A DNA stretch of 64,000 nt, from the sequence record OR532817.1; one strand, 5' to 3'. The stretch's first letter is position 1. Each line of letters starts with the position of its first letter. The notes under the pieces are model-generated. The model worked only from the letters and a program-made list of their open reading frames with translations. It was not told where the DNA came from and ran no database searches. Position numbers and translations under genes: made by a program. Positions 21,301 to 28,760 of this stretch are shown here, one piece after another.

Positions 21301-22299
21301 CCAGTACATAGTGGTATTTCCATAAACTTTACCACTTTTAATTAATACAACATCACCATCAAGTGGTTCACCACTTACACGTTCTGGTGTTTCTTCATCT
21401 GGGTCTAATGCTAAACCATAAACGCGAGTACCATCCTGCATTTGGTTGATGTATACTTTATAAATTCTGTTATTTTCACCACTGTTACCAATGCTGGTAA
21501 AAAGAATACGCATTCCGTCTAATGGGATTTGTCCATCAATACGAATACCCTGATTAATATCTTTTTGTACGATATCTTCTGGTTTTAATGAATCACTTAG
21601 TAGATCCACCACACCACGGAACTGTGTACCAAAATTGATTAGTTCGATATCTTTGTTATATTCAATAATTGGTACTTGTGCACGTACAAAACGATTATCA
21701 TATGATAATTCATCATTCAGTACTGAACCATCTGGTAAAGTATCACCAATGGTATACCAGAAGTTTTGTAATGACCATAAGTTTCCGTTTTTAGCATTAC
21801 GTTGCATTACAACATAATCAGGACTAGTGATACCATATTCATTTTCAGTATCCCAAAGATATGAACTAAAATTAATCATTTTATTTGGATTAATTGGTGG
21901 AGTCCATGAATAAATTCTTGAATTAAACAGTCGGCTTTGATTATCAGTAATTGCACCATAATGATTCATATAAGAAACCAGATCATCATAGAATTCAATA
22001 CTACGAATACTTTGATCTACATTACGGGAGACATAAGCTGGAGATAACTGATATGCTTGACGTGGTTGTGTTGATTCATTAACGAAAATCTTACCACTCG
22101 CTGCTGGAGAACCCATATCACCAAGATACCCATCAACTATTTTTTGTTCTGTGGGATTAAAGAATTGTTGAATAACATCATCACATACCTTTTGGATATC
22201 TTCCAAGCCTTGCATCCATTCTGGTAATCTCTTAATGAACAACTTTTGTTGTACTGCTTCAGCCGTTTTTGTTGGTTGAAACTTAAAATCATTAGCCAT
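12331..22299 (-). CDS. Giant (~3320 aa) virion protein, probable baseplate wedge component
   Basis: Uninterrupted 10 kb ORF downstream of gp6- and gp25-like genes. GGAG favours the start at 22299 (MANDFKF) over the track's 22311. Confidence 0.6.
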   Translation of the reverse strand: MANDFKFQPTKTAEAVQQKLFIKRLPEWMQGLEDIQKVCDDVIQQFFNPTEQKIVDGYLGDMGSPAASGKIFVNESTQPRQAYQLSPAYVSRNVDQSIRSIEFYDDLVSYMNHYGAITDNQSRLFNSRIYSWTPPINPNKMINFSSYLWDTENEYGITSPDYVVMQRNAKNGNLWSLQNFWYTIGDTLPDGSVLNDELSYDNRFVRAQVPIIEYNKDIELINFGTQFRGVVDLLSDSLKPEDIVQKDINQGIRIDGQIPLDGMRILFTSIGNSGENNRIYKVYINQMQDGTRVYGLALDPDEETPERVSGEPLDGDVVLIKSGKVYGNTTMYWNGHNWIATQKKNGTNAFPLFQLYDRNGVKLQDSTVYPSSTFSGSSLFGLKINYNYKVDSYYGYNVELGDYNYYIYENFIESTRYEYISSGETKEIPGFYYYNIIGDEDSVLKTDWVRSTEFSKQFVKQTPQVERTDMYRVFSTVYEMESFSSQAIDGMYAYVIETNATYQYYKEESETYYDWHMVNTEGIQSELYNRSYELAQKVIDGSSDIIEIQVNGVVVEDYTRNVSNGKVQSITIGDSVDLDSESVIQIRTYSSTEVPDTDLGSYEIPVNLQNNPYSDNISYIDQSNYTLHFQEIVQKNITSGAVDNINNYEERLEQGLVDNAVGTKIIQNEGSLLPLMAHTANSDIDLFEALMFLQGEYLRFNNRFENYMLNMYKEDPSKFLSTSSSDICDAILSNINVGKDSTFAFYYDGVGSTTTTIRTFIPPTPQFMGVLKVHKPEKTVYLTAASKQVPYNIRHTGEITKSYRVINGVDKMDDVIYELENRIYNSIDNTFKDEDYQPELDSSDLFPTPYYRDTEYSAEERDELLLRGYINFIATNGIDSTTHNYDQQNWMTWNYSGTYYTVNGVITDFPARGSWRAIYTDQFGTYRPATHPWEMFGFGVRPTWWNQEYEPTEVQVGTNEDDILYVYEALVVNESGELVPSGLWDVNGVKGDASTGTILYGDRKGQHDKYKRFGTQPFVITKTGEYSTNGKEICTVDYIQPDVLGLVKGTIKERSAPWSYGDMGDNEFTYMNNAMFSYDVMMQIYRAKPAQFCNYFWDTLNDTLKTVKNGGLQLQYKETRTRLNFNSDTVVHGENNTRVLGYQMAVSNYLTYQSKNITSKYGDLVRTSYISIAHKLGGFTKSNELTFTSESFGLISQENQTIGLVRSNNIKNEVLSAVKITFNGSNYIIKGYDLVNATFTYKLPVKNGKKVTVTEGNRTVVHYMEWKEDDTLEYGSILNTFQDVYTFLCGYGQYLVEHGWIFEDVDDTGVQQDWSTIAKYFLQWSTTDLTIGDYISCTPSSKNAKFGTYFGSVQSISETNGGVWSLLDDDNSGIYPYEVETSRIGNVFTVRVNEDADKRMALVRLGVCSWEHAVVFDDKTIFGDSIYQPTFGSIQELVKMYGYITDNWVGRLQAPGFIILEAGTLPSFETLVTNFQHYYDSNDPVSDVQLYDLSTHVIGYQTRDYLQQMITNNPNRVDFYRGFIRDKGSNLVMERVLRVSKSYNTDEYKALQEWAFKVGTYGNVNAKKNLQFQLINSDFKQEPQLVTFNKDVNTSTSSTEIVYYGSQGEDSRWITRPKGKFRFPMRSGKSDNIHLPDIGPVNLNEVSYTTWTYQDSYEDRMNYIKNNGENPDSVWMFVDMNQEWNIFDLVDTGVSMLSITPIENTDTYAEQYCTVQLDAEAPLDDGDYYYFVDDTYFMPDALTVESQYFTAGDDKTKIVVPFDTSITINFTDPDTRPKLYKYTSRFSDTTERQAYIDKKYSFDVPDSTLFDRPSTYNSKTNITELYLNIFDPINGVLPGTAMKDVSYISPVDPAQYNSNGETLQAWGSEKVGQVWWDTSTAFYLDYTRPVLDENGDIDEDATNEYRRYNWGRLLPHSDINVLEWVKSPVQPYNWDKYCQEQTKNNKNNTMYIPSGTAIMDNYTSFIEYDETTDSYVTYYYFWVRDTIYVPPINTRSKSCTDIARIIKDPHLLDVPWFAPINENSFILSNMQYEITDDTSILTVSYHEDSVDIIKHEQYQLCKEGDSYNFNSDIWNSLWNSLKGHETTKSGVVNEIVYPDVELGLGSSKTWFMDLIEARRTFVDSANNYYKTQNIITDTVLMSEVFNVKTTEVNENSVTFRVLAYNNEFVVSTDFDKFDENDAVILSSTGVLPSPLDTTSVYFVHYDSNGYIRFMTTKSTDANPSTITLEGLGEGQHSMIKQSDYVESLGTSLDMTQYWEYADWYSDGYDENTDYTQEASLDIANTKNYQVGDVIRITDSDGWTMYVKTSSRNTVFWNAIGRQNSTIALNSSLYDGYEVYNSDGSLSNKEINVRSALDLIKNTFDLAQSNIVFDMVKYVHVEQGVVDWVFKTSYIYIVGLEQSLKQNYTNDELINQIIEYFNEVKPYRTKIRSQIEQKTSDTDYVYGVCNDLDPNGYEYNGTIWVKTQSDIWDYEYAEYNESTGQWVVVGSIPNDFVYPDRKFQEIDISMQFDNVQCQPDSDLYDVTSLEENNAKYVSNSDDNVQYYEIQRFKYTLPVVEVDEIYTQISVDMFELYSDFDTSLDLVDAINAWYKLNVDDAERTESFTSDLDRITSELYSTSNLTQDVRMYSQYNTLSNRLKLYSSMSSDVIHDTIGCGLSGEIYNDNPNTRLPFGFSSSSDFNMGYFEISEDLFAHYRELILEETPDADEETIRSVMEIEYGIYCFKYDIDSQGRYYKDAIHVLTAIRNTFDKDSDDPYAYAEDILNSNRKSMDIQAFVMIPRKYIRFNINGSYVSIPDDRSIDEYMEDLFITDGSVVTAVEIDMDDLEMDDNNPMYSDYMVVLEGIKGQKYYNDMNAYDNLGLESQYKTVALSYEGDLTESVFIDISELNPSANAISQMRFTVDGYSNDSTSLQQIKDFSRFQIEGFVVLNPYKRTEAIVSIPPYSLVQNYVNRTVIKKDSYNYISTIDSIISSTEFLMKNSNLNSGDKVMVFTPDGDDYYRYQNFTHELILSTDKIKENDRPIMFEVELNNGIYSLVDSNGNKLEFNNLTTNNTGEPYTKTSINVIRIRSFADHEFNNNGDLLYESIRNYRVDVMDYDVFYDISLNNGDYTDEIDPLDLDVWLISNELVETSDGVVDSGYFMPNTGVGTLDELVRIGTPESLEFTVYEYDVDDIKPVFDGVRWTYSYDLTDKVYIGDTTCTVTSVTKVENENTTYVVEPVSVGTYSVKDNIITGSTSYDDIIVLGYEKVHVRNNNNILRSDMYSAEHYFAKGETYTFTGINLGVELNFSVYKNYYKPIDVSVYANSLKIDGLVLNNLLNVI

Positions 22300-22352
22300 G
22301 TTTAGCTCCATAAATTCTTTCTTATATCATATGTTTTTATTTATTACATAAA

Positions 22353-22375
22353 AAGGCGTCCACTGTGGACGCCTT
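22353..22375 (-). terminator. Hairpin / probable terminator between baseplate genes
   Basis: AAGGCGTCCA-ctg-TGGACGCCTT, followed by a T-run on the minus strand. Confidence 0.6.
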
Positions 22376-22378
22376 AAA

Positions 22379-25300
22379 TTATGAACCAATATTGATATTA
22401 GTCTTAGCAAGGGATTTGACAATTTGTACATTATCAACTGTTGCAGTACTAATAAAAATCTGATCACTTTGAGATGGTATTTCAAATAAAGAACCAAATT
22501 TAGAATCTGGATTTTGTGATACAATAACGATTGTACTAATATACCTACCTAAATTACTTTGAATATAAGTACACAAATCAGTATAATAGAAACTTTCACC
22601 AAAGTCCCAGTTATCTATACTGAAGTATTCATTACAAAGAGAAATAACATTTTGTCTTATTTCATCATCACTCATAGTAGTATTTGGTAGTGGTACCACT
22701 TTGAAATCAGCCCTGTATGATTCATCTGCACTATCACCAAATAAAGGAAGATATCTTGCACTGTGCCAAATTAAACTATCACTGATTACACTCCTTAACT
22801 CAACATCGCTAAATGTTTGTTTAAGTTCAACTGAAGTTGGTGGTTTAGGAATAGTACCACTTGCACCATTCTTAATCCACAATTGTACTTCATCATGATA
22901 AGATGTTGTTAATACATACATATCAATTAGGTTAGTTTTACTTGGATCTATGCGATTATCATCTGGTGCATAATGTTTCCAGTGGAAATATACACCGCTT
23001 CTTGCACCAACTTTAACATCGTATTGAGTACTTACATCATCATATCCATAATAACTGAGTTTTTGGTTTTCATCAACATCAGATGAGCCGTTATTCATAA
23101 TAGCTCTATAAAACGCAGTTTCTGGTGTAATAGCCGAAGTATCATCAGATGAAGTCATATTTGTAATTAAATTATTAAGACGATCATTGTTATTTCCCAC
23201 ATTTTGTTCAATGAAGTAATAATTATCATTGTACGCAAATCCAATAACAAAACCTGAACCTTTATTGAACAAATCACTCAATAAGGTACTTCTGATTTCC
23301 ACGTTTCTGGTAAATTCTTTTCGTTTATATGCATTGGTTTCTGCTAATGCATCAGAATTAGTATATTTCCATGAAGAATCTAATAAAGTAAAATCATCAT
23401 CTGGTAAATTTAATGCTTCTACTGTGAAATCTTCATTTTGCTGGAATATCAAAATTGCACCATATTTTTTGAGATCAGTTGATTCCCAGTCCGGTACTAT
23501 ATTACTGAATTGATTTGGCTCAAGTGGGATACCATTGGTATCTATTTTAGTACTACTGATAACTACACGAGAACCATCTATATAACCATTATCCTGTTCA
23601 ATATTATCAATAATCTGGAACTGGATATCACTAGACAGACCCAAATTACTGGTATCAGTAGTATTTGAACTTAAAATTGTTATTTTATCGTTCTGTACTG
23701 TACCACTGTTGATATCATTAATTTTATTTGGGTTAACAAAATAAAAACGAACTTTAGAACCACCAACGAAGATATATTCAATACCATTTGATTCAAAACT
23801 CCATGATTCAGATGTGTACTTGATATTAACCATTACTGGAACAGTAATACCCTGATATGAGATTTCTTCTTTATCAGTACTGATTTCAACTGGAACCCAG
23901 CGTGAAATAGATGTATCATAAATGAGTACAAAATCCGTTTTTTTATCCAGTTCAGCGGAAATAGATTGAATTTCGACTGAATTGAAACTAATTCGGTAAG
24001 GTTTGATATATTCCTGAATATACATAGATGTAGGAACAGTAGTACTTAAAATATAATACCCATTCTCAAGGACATTAGTGATACTACTCCATATCGTCGT
24101 GTTTCCATCAGTGAATAAAATTAAAGTACCAACTTGGTAATCATACAAGGTCTTTCCTGTACTATCAAGTATTTTACCATATGTATTGTTTGTATAATTT
24201 GAATTATATTCAGGAGTCCAGATATTTCTCAATTCAAGTGTGACAGTATTACTTGGATATGATTGATATTTCTGTATAACTGCATTTTCACCAATTAATG
24301 GTTGGATACTATCAACTACTATACTTGCATTTGGTTTAGATGTTGGCAATGATACTGTATTTTTATAAGTAACTTTATCTTTATACATACTACCATCATC
24401 ACTGAATACATCAGTGTTTTGATATTTCCCGGTTGGGTCATTAATGTCAATGAATCGTGACTGACCACTATATATTCGGTTAATAGCTTTTGCTTTTTGA
24501 ACCAAATTACCCTGACTTAATGGTGCAATATCATAATCCTCACCATTGACAAATCGGTTTTGGGTGTAATATAATTGTGGAGCACGAGCTTTAATCTGTT
24601 CCAGAGTTTCAGCACTTTGTGCACGACTACTTTCGTACTGTAATGTAAATTTAACTTCAAGGATACTCTGTTCGTAGTTTGATTGTGCATTAGTTCTGTA
24701 CTGATATTTTATACTTTTATTTTGGATATCAGTTGTTTTAATACTGTATGTCATCCCATTACTAACACGATACCACGTTCTGAATGTTCCACGTGGAACA
24801 ACACCACTTCTTGAATCAGGAAACTTAATACTAATTTGATCATTATCACGCGTGGTTACAGCGAAAATAGTTTGTTTTTTTCTGTCTACACTGTTATAAG
24901 CAACACTTTCCATTGCAGGAACTTTAGTCCATTTGGTTCTTACTAAACCGTCCTGATTAATTTCTTGTACCCAAACATCTGTTTCATTAATATTATTAAC
25001 ATTAATATCCTGTAAACGATTTTCAATACTCACACTATAATCGAAGTCTTGTTTAGAAAGTGTGCCTTGTTTGAAATAAACGAAAAATCCAGTATTGATT
25101 GAATTAAAACCATTACCATCATTCTGATAAATGATATATTTTTGTTCTTGTGGTTCAGGATGACGTTCATCGACACCAGAAGAGCTAATATCAGGGTTTA
25201 CTACTTCAAATTTCATACTTTCACCATTTACGTTTGCACTAAATGGGATAGCTGGTGATTGCATTTGATTAGTATTCATTTTATACAAATGAGTACTCAG

Positions 25301-25843
25301 CCCATTCACATTAGTTTTCTTAACTGGATTACCAAACTGGTTGGTACTCACAAAAACATTGTTCATAACCAGAATAAAGTTCTCGTACCAGTTAGGATCA
25401 GTAGGGTCATTCCATCTAATCGTTTTATCTTTAAGTGATTTATTAAAACTATTTCGTACATCCTGGTTTGTTTTTATTTCAGTGACTTTAGCTAATGCAC
25501 GACCTGGATATGAACGTCTTGGAGCATAAGAGATCATTTTAGCAAGTTTAAGTACCGAAGCCCTGCGGGTTGCAGTATCCATAAAGTTTTCACGAGTGTT
25601 CATGTCCATACGAAATGCAAGGTTTTGACCAAGCATGGCAATCGTGTCCAGAATGAATAAAAATTCATCATTTGCAATCCAGTCATTGAATGTATCAGGA
25701 TAGTTAGTACTAAGATAGTCAACCATACTTTGACGTATACTATCGAAATCATATGAATTCAATGAAATTTGATAAAAACTTTCATATATTTGCGACCAGT
25801 CTTCACCAGCGTATAAATTAGATTGTCTTCTTTGCTGAGACAT
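22379..25843 (-). CDS. Baseplate wedge subunit, T4 gp6-like (1154 aa)
   Basis: YDFDSIRQSMVDYL, FRMDMNTRENFMDTATRRASVLKLAKMISYAPRR and ETLEQIKARAPQLYYTQNRFVNGEDY are gp6/baseplate-J motifs. Confidence 0.8.
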   Translation of the reverse strand: MSQQRRQSNLYAGEDWSQIYESFYQISLNSYDFDSIRQSMVDYLSTNYPDTFNDWIANDEFLFILDTIAMLGQNLAFRMDMNTRENFMDTATRRASVLKLAKMISYAPRRSYPGRALAKVTEIKTNQDVRNSFNKSLKDKTIRWNDPTDPNWYENFILVMNNVFVSTNQFGNPVKKTNVNGLSTHLYKMNTNQMQSPAIPFSANVNGESMKFEVVNPDISSSGVDERHPEPQEQKYIIYQNDGNGFNSINTGFFVYFKQGTLSKQDFDYSVSIENRLQDINVNNINETDVWVQEINQDGLVRTKWTKVPAMESVAYNSVDRKKQTIFAVTTRDNDQISIKFPDSRSGVVPRGTFRTWYRVSNGMTYSIKTTDIQNKSIKYQYRTNAQSNYEQSILEVKFTLQYESSRAQSAETLEQIKARAPQLYYTQNRFVNGEDYDIAPLSQGNLVQKAKAINRIYSGQSRFIDINDPTGKYQNTDVFSDDGSMYKDKVTYKNTVSLPTSKPNASIVVDSIQPLIGENAVIQKYQSYPSNTVTLELRNIWTPEYNSNYTNNTYGKILDSTGKTLYDYQVGTLILFTDGNTTIWSSITNVLENGYYILSTTVPTSMYIQEYIKPYRISFNSVEIQSISAELDKKTDFVLIYDTSISRWVPVEISTDKEEISYQGITVPVMVNIKYTSESWSFESNGIEYIFVGGSKVRFYFVNPNKINDINSGTVQNDKITILSSNTTDTSNLGLSSDIQFQIIDNIEQDNGYIDGSRVVISSTKIDTNGIPLEPNQFSNIVPDWESTDLKKYGAILIFQQNEDFTVEALNLPDDDFTLLDSSWKYTNSDALAETNAYKRKEFTRNVEIRSTLLSDLFNKGSGFVIGFAYNDNYYFIEQNVGNNNDRLNNLITNMTSSDDTSAITPETAFYRAIMNNGSSDVDENQKLSYYGYDDVSTQYDVKVGARSGVYFHWKHYAPDDNRIDPSKTNLIDMYVLTTSYHDEVQLWIKNGASGTIPKPPTSVELKQTFSDVELRSVISDSLIWHSARYLPLFGDSADESYRADFKVVPLPNTTMSDDEIRQNVISLCNEYFSIDNWDFGESFYYTDLCTYIQSNLGRYISTIVIVSQNPDSKFGSLFEIPSQSDQIFISTATVDNVQIVKSLAKTNINIGS

Positions 25844-26046
25844 ATATGTTATTCCTTTAAAATTATGTTGAATGTATTTTTAAAGTGCTGTATAAGTACT
25901 GAAATATGATTTTCATCATATCTAATTCTCAATAGTCATTCTTTATACACGTAATTATGTTTTCTAATGATTCATTATTACTTTGGTATTGTAAATTGAT
26001 TCATTTAACCATATAAAATACTATCCAGTACTATATTCTATGAAGA

Positions 26047-26054
26047 TATTTATA
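26047..26054 (-). promoter_or_regulatory. T4-type late promoter TATAAATA
   Basis: Exact T4 late consensus upstream of the gp6-like gene; a gp55-like sigma factor is encoded in the window. Confidence 0.6.
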
Positions 26055-26060
26055 AAATAA

Positions 26061-26085
26061 TAAAGGCTCCATATCGGAGCCTTTA
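26061..26085 (-). terminator. Intrinsic terminator
   Basis: TAAAGGCTCC-atatc-GGAGCCTTTA just downstream of the gp25-like gene. Confidence 0.7.
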
Positions 26086-26091
26086 ATGTTA

Positions 26092-26481
26092 TTATGAAAC
26101 AACATAAGATGACATTTTATCAGTGTTTCTGTTATCAAATACCATACGAAGAGTTTCAACTGAATTTAGAATTACATACTTCAGTTGTAATTCAACTACA
26201 TAACCGTAATCAATTTTTTCGGCTGCAATATTCAATAGTTCAACTCTTGGTTCTTCATACACAATTCTCCTACAGTCAGCTTCAATAAGATTGAGTGTGT
26301 TGTAGCTATCCAGTGAGAAGATTAAATCCCAACCAATAAACCCGTAGTTAGCATCAAATGCTCTCTCTCCTTTTCTGGTATTGAAGTGATTGAGAAGGTC
26401 TTGACGAATCAATTCTTCATTGTATAATGTTTTTGTTCTACCCTGTGATGGAGTAGAGAATCCTTTAAAAACAACAGCCAT
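26092..26481 (-). CDS. Baseplate wedge subunit, gp25-like
   Basis: LIRQDLLNHFNTRKGERAFDANYG...EPRVEL matches the gp25/GPW family. Confidence 0.85.
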   Translation of the reverse strand: MAVVFKGFSTPSQGRTKTLYNEELIRQDLLNHFNTRKGERAFDANYGFIGWDLIFSLDSYNTLNLIEADCRRIVYEEPRVELLNIAAEKIDYGYVVELQLKYVILNSVETLRMVFDNRNTDKMSSYVVS

Positions 26482-26495
26482 ATATTAATTTCCTG

Positions 26496-26984
26496 TTATG
26501 CAGCAGATTCGACGATTTTAGCCATTTTATCTGCACGAGATGTAGTTTGACGATACCACAGTGAATCACGCATCTGACGTCCTGCTTCTTTATAATCAGC
26601 ACGACCTAAAGCAGCAAGTGCTTTTTTGAAGTTAAGCACTTTTGATTTACCCATTTGAAATACCATTAGCCATAGAACACGCTGTACGCTCTCTGGAGCA
26701 GTCATACCGAATTGTTGATAGATTGCCTTAGCATCATTGTATGCTTGCTTAGCGTCTTTCAGGAGCAGTGCATCAGCCTCTTTTTCAGTTAGTCCGTTTT
26801 TAAAGTTCTCACCTTTTAAAACCAGATGACCATAACCAATAGTATCTAGACCTAAACTGTCTTTGTATACCCAGAATTTGTTATTTTTAAAATAACCAAG
26901 TTTAGACTGATACGCGATAGTACCTTCAAACTCTTTGACTTCAGTAAAAAACTGTTTATCATCACTAGAAATAGACCAGCCCAT
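26496..26984 (-). CDS. T4-type lysozyme (GH24), probable endolysin
   Basis: EFEG...YKDSLGLDTIGYGHL...MVFQMG...A...MRDSLWYRQTTSRA; exact late promoter TATAAATA at 27021-27028 (minus strand). Confidence 0.88.
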   Translation of the reverse strand: MGWSISSDDKQFFTEVKEFEGTIAYQSKLGYFKNNKFWVYKDSLGLDTIGYGHLVLKGENFKNGLTEKEADALLLKDAKQAYNDAKAIYQQFGMTAPESVQRVLWLMVFQMGKSKVLNFKKALAALGRADYKEAGRQMRDSLWYRQTTSRADKMAKIVESAA

Positions 26985-27011
26985 ATTTTTACCTCTTTTA
27001 CTTAAATTTAC

Positions 27012-27040
27012 TTGACTTTGTATTTATATTAGAGTACATT
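27012..27040 (+). promoter_or_regulatory. Sigma70-like promoter overlapping a divergent late promoter
   Basis: TTGACT-17 nt-TACATT upstream of ORF 27095; the spacer contains TATAAATA on the minus strand. Confidence 0.5.
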
Positions 27041-27094
27041 TGTGTAGTAAAAATATTTGAATACTAAAAGTTGTTAATTATTTAAGGTGTTTAA

Positions 27095-27517
27095 ATGAGA
27101 TATGATGTTATAAATGATGTTAGATCTGTTTCTGTGGTTAATAAAAAGTACTTCTATAAACCAAAAGGTAAAAACAATAAGAAGTATGAAACCATGATTG
27201 ATGAATACGGAACAGAAGTGATTTGTAGTGATGTACCACTTGATTTACCAGAATTATCATATGAATACAATTCTTCAATTGAATACAATGGTGTTGAATT
27301 TATTTATAGAACGTATATTCGTGATAATTATGAAATAGAAGATGATGTAATATACAGACGTATGACAGATTACACTGAAATGGATGAAGATGAGCTATTC
27401 CAGTACTCATTGGTATTCGAGAATGATAATTTTTCATTTCATGATGCAGTTAAAATACAAAAATGGTTAATTATGAGATATCGTGTTGTTAATACCACGA
27501 TTAATGTGGATTTATAA
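27095..27517 (+). CDS. Hypothetical protein (140 aa)
   Basis: ORF with AAGGTG RBS; C-terminal MDEDELFQYSLVF resembles a motif I recall from small paralogous proteins of this jumbo-phage group (inference). Confidence 0.55.
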   Translation: MRYDVINDVRSVSVVNKKYFYKPKGKNNKKYETMIDEYGTEVICSDVPLDLPELSYEYNSSIEYNGVEFIYRTYIRDNYEIEDDVIYRRMTDYTEMDEDELFQYSLVFENDNFSFHDAVKIQKWLIMRYRVVNTTINVDL

Positions 27518-27528
27518 GAGAGATTATA

Positions 27529-27987
27529 ATGCCTGGAAAACCAGAGAATATTTATGACAATACAGAATTAACCATTATACTGAAAAATGTAAACAATTAC
27601 AAGAATCTAAGTCCAGAAGCAAGGGAGATATTCAAAGAAACGAATATCAAGTACAAACCGAGTGGTGCTGAAAGACCCTATGATATGGATCATATTTACT
27701 ATATGATTAGAGTTCTAACTGAGGTGTCACTTGATTCAGTACGAAAGAGTTTAATTCTAAGAACAGGTGTTGTATTATCTAACAAGTCAATACAAAGATA
27801 TAAGCGTGTTGTAATAGAAGTATCAAAAGCATTGTTATGTACACACAGAAATGGTATTGCTTTGCATATCAAAAAAGAAGAAGGAAAACACTATTTGACA
27901 GATCAACAAAGTTCCAGATTGAACACTTTAAGGAAAAAGGGTGTCCCTATTGAGGACATGATAAATTACCTACAGAAACTGCTCTAG
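27529..27987 (+). CDS. Hypothetical basic protein, possibly DNA-binding (152 aa)
   Basis: K/R-rich; SLDSVRKSLILRTGVVLSNKSIQRYKR is HTH-like; its stop codon abuts the repeat block. Confidence 0.45.
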   Translation: MPGKPENIYDNTELTIILKNVNNYKNLSPEAREIFKETNIKYKPSGAERPYDMDHIYYMIRVLTEVSLDSVRKSLILRTGVVLSNKSIQRYKRVVIEVSKALLCTHRNGIALHIKKEEGKHYLTDQQSSRLNTLRKKGVPIEDMINYLQKLL

Positions 27988-28143
27988 CCCAGTATTCATG
28001 CGGGTTGTAGGAATTAGGGACACCTTTTTGTGTGTTTTTTTGGTGCAGTGTCCCTAATTCAGACCAAGAACCCAGTATTCATGCGGGTTGTAGGAATTAG
28101 GGACACTCTATTATTAAATTCATACTTTTCCTGTCCTTAATTC
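27988..28143. repeat. Two tandem units with 83-bp period: 36-bp exact direct repeat plus 13-bp inverted arm flanking a 24-nt variable spacer
   Basis: CCCAGTATTCATGCGGGTTGTAGGAATTAGGGACAC at 27988-28023 and 28071-28106; inverted arms GTGTCCCTAATTC (28048-28060) and CTGTCCTTAATTC (28131-28143). Confidence 0.9.
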
Positions 28144-28401
28144 AATAGGTCGCTACGCTCAAATATTGATCTTCGTCACTCCGTTCCTCGATCAATATTA
28201 AAATCGGCAATTTGCGTTTTGTTCTCGATTCGCAAGCGAACCAATCACAAACCCGCAGCGAATTGCGAATCTCCCTTCTGTCAGTCAGTAATACTGCTTT
28301 TTGGAGAAAGCAACTCTCGGAGTGATGAAAAACGAATTCCATTCGCCTCATGAAAAACCAACGAATAGTCGGTTCTGTTGAATTACTTGAATTATAATTG
28401 T

Positions 28402-28708
28402 CTGTATTCACTTCTAAGGAGTTTTATACACTTCCTTAGTGGTTCTATGTCTTAAACAAGAAAACACATCAGAATGCAATACAGGAATTCTCGTAGCTAT
28501 TATCAAAGCAGTTACTATCCATTGTAATATCTGCTCCATTAAAAGGACGCCCAATTCAGTACTGAAAAACTTTTGTGAGTAAGTCATTTCAAACTGATTA
28601 ATTTAAGGACACCCATTCAAATTAGCTGTATCCACTTCTAAGAAGTTTTATACAATTCCTTGGTGGTTTTATGTCTTAAACAAGAAAACGCATCAGAATG
28701 CGATACAG
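28402..28708. repeat. Two dispersed 83-nt imperfect direct repeats
   Basis: 28402-28484 and 28626-28708, 76/83 identical by manual alignment; each copy is bounded by CTGTAT...ATACAG. Confidence 0.9.
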
Positions 28709-28737
28709 AGCGTTTTATGTGGTGTTACAGAAATAAC

Positions 28738-28760
28738 AAAAGGAGCACAAGGCTCCCTTT
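28738..28760 (-). terminator. Intrinsic terminator of the gp5-like operon
   Basis: AAAAGGAGC-acaag-GCTCCCTTT just past the stop at 28768. Confidence 0.7.

Noticed and set aside
12396-21817. Numerous 60-125 aa ORFs overlapping the giant gene, and similar ones elsewhere
   Set aside because: Antisense or alternate-frame shadows of long, well-supported genes, with no RBS or motifs.
28145-28400. tRNA or hammerhead ribozyme
   Set aside because: No T-loop GTTCRA cloverleaf and no CTGATGA...GAAA core on either strand.
28142-28411. 89-aa minus-strand ORF
   Set aside because: No clear RBS, atypical composition, and it overlaps hairpin-rich sequence.
27988-28708. Possible CRISPR mini-array
   Set aside because: Only two copies per repeat family, spacer geometry is not CRISPR-like, and there is no cas gene in the window.
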